Assembly (NCBI GenBank): GCA_044869275.1
Contig: JBIOXB010000044.1
Location: forward strand, 1 to 13,142
DNA from: a bacterium
Lineage (GTDB): Bacteria > Zhuqueibacterota > Zhuqueibacteria > Zhuqueibacterales > Zhuqueibacteraceae
Direction of reading: 5' to 3'
DNA length: 13,142 bases
The notes under the pieces were generated by a model that had not been told where the DNA came from, made no database searches, and saw only the letters and a program-made list of their open reading frames with translations. The position numbers were made by a program, and so were the translations under genes. Shown piece by piece: positions 8,482 through 13,142 of this stretch. The first letter of the stretch is position 1; each line of letters starts with the position of its first letter.

Positions 8482-8602
8482 GCGCATGATGAAATTGCAA
8501 ATAACGTAAGGTCGCGCTTACGAATCACGTTTTACGGGCCCCGCGATGCTCAATTCGTGATACGTGGGCGCAAAGCATAAACAGAACTTTGATCTCTGCC
8601 TC

Positions 8603-9436
8603 ATGGCCGATGAAAACGTACAATCTCTCCTCGAAGCCTTGCTGCTCGGCACGCTGAAACCGGCGGAAGTGCAAGAGCTGCGGCAGCGGCTGGACGCTGG
8701 CGATCCCATGGTAACCGAAGCTTGCCAGGAAGCGCGGCAGTGGTTGGTTGCTTTGCCGAATGCTCTGCCGCAAACTGCGCCTCCCGCGGAGTTGAGAGAA
8801 CGTATTCTTCAGGCAGCGGTGCAGGATGGCAATCGGGCGGCGCAAAGCGCCAAAGCGCCGGCGACGGTGCGCGCCATGCCGCAACGCACTCTTTTCCAAA
8901 CGGTAACGCGTTCCCTGGCGTGGGCCGCTGCACTCCTGCTGGTCACGGTGGGATACGCCTACTATCATCGCAGCCAGGAGGTCGCAACATTGCGCCAGGA
9001 GCGCGCGGCATTGCAGCAGCAATTGCAAGAGCGCCAGCAGGAAATCGACGGCTTGAAACTAAACCTCGCCTTCCATCTTGAGATGGCCAAAGCGCTGCAA
9101 AAACCGCGCTCGCTTTTGGTCGATTTGAAACCTACAAAAGAGGCGCCGGCAACCGGCAAAGTCATCGTCGATCGCGAAAACGCGCGCGCCTATTTTGTCG
9201 CTGCCGCTCTTCCCGTTTTGGCGGCGAATAAAGACTACCAGCTTTGGTACATCGGCAAGTCCGGCCCCGTCGATGCCGGGGTCTTCCAAGTGGATGCCAA
9301 TGGCTACGGCGGAATTCAGATTCGCAACCTGCCGCAAGATCTCTCCGAAATCGCCGCATTCGCCGTTACCATCGAGCCCAAGGGCGGCAGTGTCAATCCC
9401 ACTTTGGATCAGATGGTGCTGCTGGGCCGAGTCTGA
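8603..9436 (+). CDS. RskA-like transmembrane anti-sigma factor
   Basis: N-terminal 'LLLGTLKPAEVQEL...PPAELRERIL'; one TM helix (AWAAALLLVTVGYAYY); a coiled coil; RskA C-terminal hallmarks 'KDYQLWYI', 'PVDAGVF', 'FAVTIEPKGGS..PT'. ATG 8603 is preferred over GTG 8564. Confidence 0.9.
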   Translation: MADENVQSLLEALLLGTLKPAEVQELRQRLDAGDPMVTEACQEARQWLVALPNALPQTAPPAELRERILQAAVQDGNRAAQSAKAPATVRAMPQRTLFQTVTRSLAWAAALLLVTVGYAYYHRSQEVATLRQERAALQQQLQERQQEIDGLKLNLAFHLEMAKALQKPRSLLVDLKPTKEAPATGKVIVDRENARAYFVAAALPVLAANKDYQLWYIGKSGPVDAGVFQVDANGYGGIQIRNLPQDLSEIAAFAVTIEPKGGSVNPTLDQMVLLGRV

Positions 9437-9475
9437 CTTGGCAATGTCGAGTCGAAAGCGCACCTTGCAAATTTT

Positions 9476-9550
9476 TCGCCCACGGAAATCGAACTCCCAC
9501 GGAATCGCACTCAAGGAATACTTCCGTGGGAGTTCTACATCCGTGGGCGA
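9476..9550. repeat. REP-like long inverted repeat with internal CCCACGGAA duplication
   Basis: TCGCCCACGGA (9476-9486) pairs with TCCGTGGGCGA (9540-9550), and GAACTCCCACGGAA (9491-9504) pairs with TTCCGTGGGAGTTC (9522-9535). There is a 4x4 internal loop and a 17-nt apical loop. Confidence 0.8.
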
Positions 9551-9630
9551 TTTTTCTCCTCGGTTTGAGTCCCGACTCATTCGGGATTCGCTCGATAGTT
9601 ACGAAAAATGAAAGATTCTCGGCCGCACAG

Positions 9631-9680
9631 AAAAAAAGCTCTCACAGAATGATCTGAACGAATTCATTCTGTGAGAGCTT
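9631..9680 (-). terminator. Intrinsic terminator for the minus-strand 966-aa gene (hairpin could act in both directions)
   Basis: Perfect 17-bp inverted repeat AAGCTCTCACAGAATGA (9636-9652) / TCATTCTGTGAGAGCTT (9664-9680). The A7 run at 9631-9637 is a U-tract on the minus strand. Confidence 0.8.
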
Positions 9681-9751
9681 AAGTTCCGTACGCGAAGGAT
9701 TGTTGAGTTACGGTTCGCCCGCGTTGGTTAAGATTTCAGAACCTCATTCAC

Positions 9752-9795
9752 GACAAAGCCCAGAGCGTGTCCGGCCATGCGCTCTGCGCTCTGTC
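9752..9795. repeat. Short heptamer-based hairpin (GCAGAGC units) just after the 966-aa gene stop
   Basis: Units GCCATGC GCTCTGC GCTCTGT at 9774-9794. Arms 9752-9767 and 9780-9795 are complementary at 14/16 positions. Confidence 0.6.
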
Positions 9796-9798
9796 TCC

Positions 9799-12699
9799 TC
9801 ACTTCGCCATCAACATCTTCCTCACCGCGCGGTAGTCGCCTGAAATGATCTGATACAAATAAATTCCCGTGGATACCGTTTGCCCGAAACGGTCCTTGCC
9901 GTTCCACAGAATATTGTGCCTGCCCGGCGGCATCACGCCTTCGGCCAGCGTGCGAATGACCTGGCCTTGCACGTTGTAGATGCGCAAGGTCACGGGCGCG
10001 GCCCATCCCGCCGGCACGTCGAAGCTGATGGCAGTTTCAGGATTGAACGGATTCGGGAAATTCAGGCCGAGCGCGAAAGTCGTGGGCAGCGCCGTATGGT
10101 CAGCCGCTTTGTCATCGCTGCCGGTCGGTGCGGCATCCGGCACGAAAACGTCGGAAAAGAGCAGCTCCGCGCTGCTGCCGGCCGCGCCCGAGCATACGAT
10201 GTCCACGTAATTTTCACCGATGAGCATAAAGCGTGACAAATCGATGCTGCGCAAGCCGTGCGCCGGCATGTAATGCAAACTGCCCTCGCTGCCGGTGCGG
10301 TTCTGCGCTTCCAGCGTCACGCCCTGCCCGTTGATCAGGAAGCGAATTTTTTGCAGGCCGGCGTTCCTCACGAACAGATAGCGGTCGGTCTGCAGCAAAT
10401 CGAAAGAAAGATCGTACACGCCGCGCGCGGCTGTGACCTTGACATAAACCGGATCCACGATGCTCTCGCAACCGGCGCGATTGGTGACTCTGAGCGTAAA
10501 ACTGGAACGCTTGTTGGGATCGATTTTATCGCTGCTGAAGGTAACCTGGTGGTCGCCGACCGTGAAAGCATCGACAGTCACGACGCGATTAGTCGCCTCG
10601 ATGACGTCGACCTTGGCAATGCCGCTCTCCGCATCGAGAACCTCACCGGTGATGATGGGAAGATTGTCGAAATTGAGCGTGGCCGTCGCCGCTGTCGGGT
10701 CGGAGAACACCACGACCGTGTCGCGCGCCGTGACCGAGCAGCCCGAGTTATCTGTTGTAACGCAGGCGGCAATGATGCGATTGTAACCGGGTGCCAAACT
10801 CACCGTGGCGCTAAGAGGACTACCGGTGCCGGCGGGATTGCCGTTGATGGTGAATACGTCCGTGAACGGCGCCACGCCGCCGGTGCGCACCAGCGTGCCC
10901 GTAACCGTAATGCTGTTCGCACAGATAAAGGCGCTGTCTTCCGGCGCCGTGAGCGTGAGCTGGCTTTTGATGATGTTCGCGAGCACCGTTACGGTGTCAA
11001 ACGAAGTGCAAATGGCGCCTTGAGCATCTGTGAACGTACACTTGGCAATCAGCGTGTTGTTGCCGTTCACTAACGCCACTTTCACGCAGGAATCCTTTAC
11101 TGCTATGCCGTTGACTTCGCGCACGGAGGTGAGGGGTGGCGCGCCGCCAACGGCTCCGGCCCGCAGGCAAACCTGAACGGAGTCGCCGCAAATGGAGGTG
11201 CCATTTGCCGGTGCGGTGATTTCTACGTTACAAACGAGCCCGGGCGTGGAGTCGGTAACGATCAAATTGAAAGAGTCGGAATCGGATAATTTGGGCGCGC
11301 CGTTGTCGGTGACGATGATCGTGACGTTCGGGTAATTGCCAGCGTCGTTGAAGCCCGGCACAATGCGTAAGCGCGCCAGGCCGTTGCGATTGTCTGTCAA
11401 TTGGCAGAAGCCGGGCAGGTTTTGCGCGCTGAATTTCAGGCTGTCGCCGTCGGGATCAGTGGCGGTTATGCTATCCAGGACGCCGACGCTGCCTTCACTC
11501 AATCCGATGACGTCAAAAGTGAATTTTTTCAACACCGGCGGACGGTTGACGTTCCGCACCGTGAGCTTGAACGTCCTCGTGGTGGTGAGCGGCGGCGTGC
11601 CGTTGTCCGTTGCGCTCACTTCGATATTCTGAAATACGCCCGCATCCTCGAATCCCGGAGCAAAGCGGATCACGCCCGTGCCATTGTGGTTGTCAGTGAA
11701 GGTGCCAAAGCGCGGCAGATTCAGCACGTTGAGAATGATGTCATCTCCATCCGGATCCGTGGCTTTCACGGCCACTGCCAGCGTATCGCCTTCGTTCATG
11801 GTCTGATCCGGAATGAGCTCGATCACCGGTGGATTTTCCGCCGGAGTAACGGTCAAATCGAACAAAGCCGTATCGGAAAGTGCGGGCGAGCCATTGTCGG
11901 TGGCGATCACGCCGAGCTGGGGATATGCGCCAGCGTTGCCGAGATTGGGGCTGATCGTAATTTGCCCGGTGCCGTTGCCATTGTCAGCAAGCTGTACGAA
12001 TGATGGAAAATTGAGCGGCGTCAATTGAATACTGTTGCCGTCGGGATCACTGGCTTGCACCGCGACGTTTCGCACCGTGCCCTCTTCCACGGTCTGATTG
12101 GCAATCGGCTGCAATTGCGGCGGCAGGTTTTTGGCTTTGACCTTGATCATGTGCGGGATAATGCGCAAGAACGGCCGCAGATCATGGATCAGAGAATTAA
12201 TCAACTCGGAAAAGGTCAAGTTGAGTTGCGTGGTGGTGTTGGCCGCGCCCACCACTCTGAAGCGCGCGGTGAGAAGCGTGTAGGCGCCGGGATCAACGCC
12301 TCCCGGAAAGAAGGCACTCCAGTCGATTCTGCCGTTGGTCGTGTCGGCACTGATGTTGTTGACCGGAGGGAAGCCGGGGAGGGCCTGGAGGAACCGCAGC
12401 ACGCTGGGATCCCACGTGAAACGGGCTTGATAAGCCATGAGACGACTCTCGGCCGGCGGCAAGTTTCGGGTGTCAATGTTGATCGCAATTTCGACCGTGT
12501 CGCCTTGTTCCGGCTCCGGATTGTCGGGCACGGCTTCGGCAATGACCTCCTGAGCGCGCTCGCGCTCGAGTTCGCGTTCGCGGTCGATCGTGAAGCGCTG
12601 GTCTTGCGCGAAGCTGGGTGGCGAGGGCATGAGCACGATCGCCAAAGCGCAGCCGAGGGCCAGCGTGCATCTTGCTGTCAAAGTCCTAAGCATGGTCAT
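9799..12699 (-). CDS. Large secreted multidomain protein: cohesin-like domain, three cadherin-like/Ig repeats, Cys-containing Ig-like repeats and a T9SS type A/FlgD-Ig-like C-terminal domain
   Basis: Signal peptide ending SFA|Q; cohesin-like 'GDTVEIAINID...FTWDPSVLRF...LLTARFRV'; three 'PP...EG...A(S/T)DPDG...DN.NG...TDNG.P.L' repeats; C-terminal 'LPTTFALGLNFPNPFNPET...IYNVQGQVIRTL...WNGKD...TGIYLY...RKM'. A GGGGAG SD lies upstream of the start. Confidence 0.9.
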   Translation of the reverse strand: MTMLRTLTARCTLALGCALAIVLMPSPPSFAQDQRFTIDRERELERERAQEVIAEAVPDNPEPEQGDTVEIAINIDTRNLPPAESRLMAYQARFTWDPSVLRFLQALPGFPPVNNISADTTNGRIDWSAFFPGGVDPGAYTLLTARFRVVGAANTTTQLNLTFSELINSLIHDLRPFLRIIPHMIKVKAKNLPPQLQPIANQTVEEGTVRNVAVQASDPDGNSIQLTPLNFPSFVQLADNGNGTGQITISPNLGNAGAYPQLGVIATDNGSPALSDTALFDLTVTPAENPPVIELIPDQTMNEGDTLAVAVKATDPDGDDIILNVLNLPRFGTFTDNHNGTGVIRFAPGFEDAGVFQNIEVSATDNGTPPLTTTRTFKLTVRNVNRPPVLKKFTFDVIGLSEGSVGVLDSITATDPDGDSLKFSAQNLPGFCQLTDNRNGLARLRIVPGFNDAGNYPNVTIIVTDNGAPKLSDSDSFNLIVTDSTPGLVCNVEITAPANGTSICGDSVQVCLRAGAVGGAPPLTSVREVNGIAVKDSCVKVALVNGNNTLIAKCTFTDAQGAICTSFDTVTVLANIIKSQLTLTAPEDSAFICANSITVTGTLVRTGGVAPFTDVFTINGNPAGTGSPLSATVSLAPGYNRIIAACVTTDNSGCSVTARDTVVVFSDPTAATATLNFDNLPIITGEVLDAESGIAKVDVIEATNRVVTVDAFTVGDHQVTFSSDKIDPNKRSSFTLRVTNRAGCESIVDPVYVKVTAARGVYDLSFDLLQTDRYLFVRNAGLQKIRFLINGQGVTLEAQNRTGSEGSLHYMPAHGLRSIDLSRFMLIGENYVDIVCSGAAGSSAELLFSDVFVPDAAPTGSDDKAADHTALPTTFALGLNFPNPFNPETAISFDVPAGWAAPVTLRIYNVQGQVIRTLAEGVMPPGRHNILWNGKDRFGQTVSTGIYLYQIISGDYRAVRKMLMAK

Positions 12700-12802
12700 G
12701 AGGCTCTCCCCTGACGGATGGTTCGTAGCGATTGATCAAATCCTTTGTTCCTGCTTGAAAAATGAAAGCCATTTCTCCCCGGAGATAGTGAAGCTAAGCC
12801 CT

Positions 12803-12822
12803 GCCCTCGCCTAAGCGAGGGC
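12803..12822. other. GC-rich hairpin downstream of the partial gene (possible pause/stability element or weak terminator)
   Basis: GCCCTCGC-CTAA-GCGAGGGC, a perfect 8-bp stem with no clear U-tract. Confidence 0.45.
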
Positions 12823-12838
12823 GGCCATAGGTGGCAAT

Positions 12839-13142
12839 CTACAAATTGAGCTCGGCATCGGCGCCGATGACATAGTCCAGAATCAAGTCATCAAATGGCA
12901 TGCGAAACAGGACACCGGGTGTAAATTTTCCAAAATGATGCTTCGCGCGAAAGGTCATCTGGTGTATGGCGCTTTCCTTGAAGTTGCCGCCGGAGGTGGT
13001 CCATACCCGCCCATTGAACGCCGCGCCTAAATTGAACTTGCCCGGCACCCACCAACCTTCAGCGCCATACAAAACGTGCATTTCAAAATCGTTCTGTTTG
13101 AGCTTGTTGTAGATGGTGTTGGCGAAATCGTAGTCCGTGACT
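12839..13142 (-). CDS. 3' part of a probable outer-membrane beta-barrel protein (5'-truncated by the window edge)
   Basis: The frame is open to the window edge (…VTDYDFANTIYNKLKQNDFEMHVLYGAEGWW…). It shows successive amphipathic strands (FNLGAAFNGRV, HQMTFRAKH, FTPGVLFRM, YVIGADAELNL-stop). Confidence 0.65.
   Translation of the reverse strand, partial: VTDYDFANTIYNKLKQNDFEMHVLYGAEGWWVPGKFNLGAAFNGRVWTTSGGNFKESAIHQMTFRAKHHFGKFTPGVLFRMPFDDLILDYVIGADAELNL

Noticed and set aside
8564..8576. GGGCGCAAAGC, also a c-di-GMP-I-like fragment
   Set aside because: The flanking P2/P3 stems are not present.
9880..12814. Multiple plus-strand ORFs of 61-271 aa
   Set aside because: Antisense shadows of the 966-aa gene.

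Overview
A bacterial chromosomal window, probably from an FCB-group organism such as candidate division KSB1 or a relative; this is inferred from the 'LPTTFALGLNFPNPFNPET' C-terminal sorting-type domain and is not verified. It starts with ftsZ, which is followed by a heptamer-repeat hairpin. Next come a convergent minus-strand pair (an atypical lipoprotein S8 protease and a small exported protein) and a divergent, coupled pair (an 8-stranded outer-membrane barrel and a beta-propeller lipoprotein). A regulatory cluster follows, in which one SigK-like ECF sigma factor precedes three genes with anti-sigma-type N-termini: two ChrR-like cupin paralogs and one RskA-like membrane protein. After it lie a hairpin-rich intergenic region, a 966-aa secreted cohesin/cadherin-like/Ig protein with a T9SS-type C-terminal domain, and the 3' end of a probable outer-membrane protein. 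The most notable item is the one-sigma/three-anti-sigma module, together with a TGCAAAY-N17/18-CGWA motif in three successive intergenic gaps. No rRNA, tRNA, CRISPR array or transposase was seen. All domain calls come from reading motifs by eye; no searches were run.
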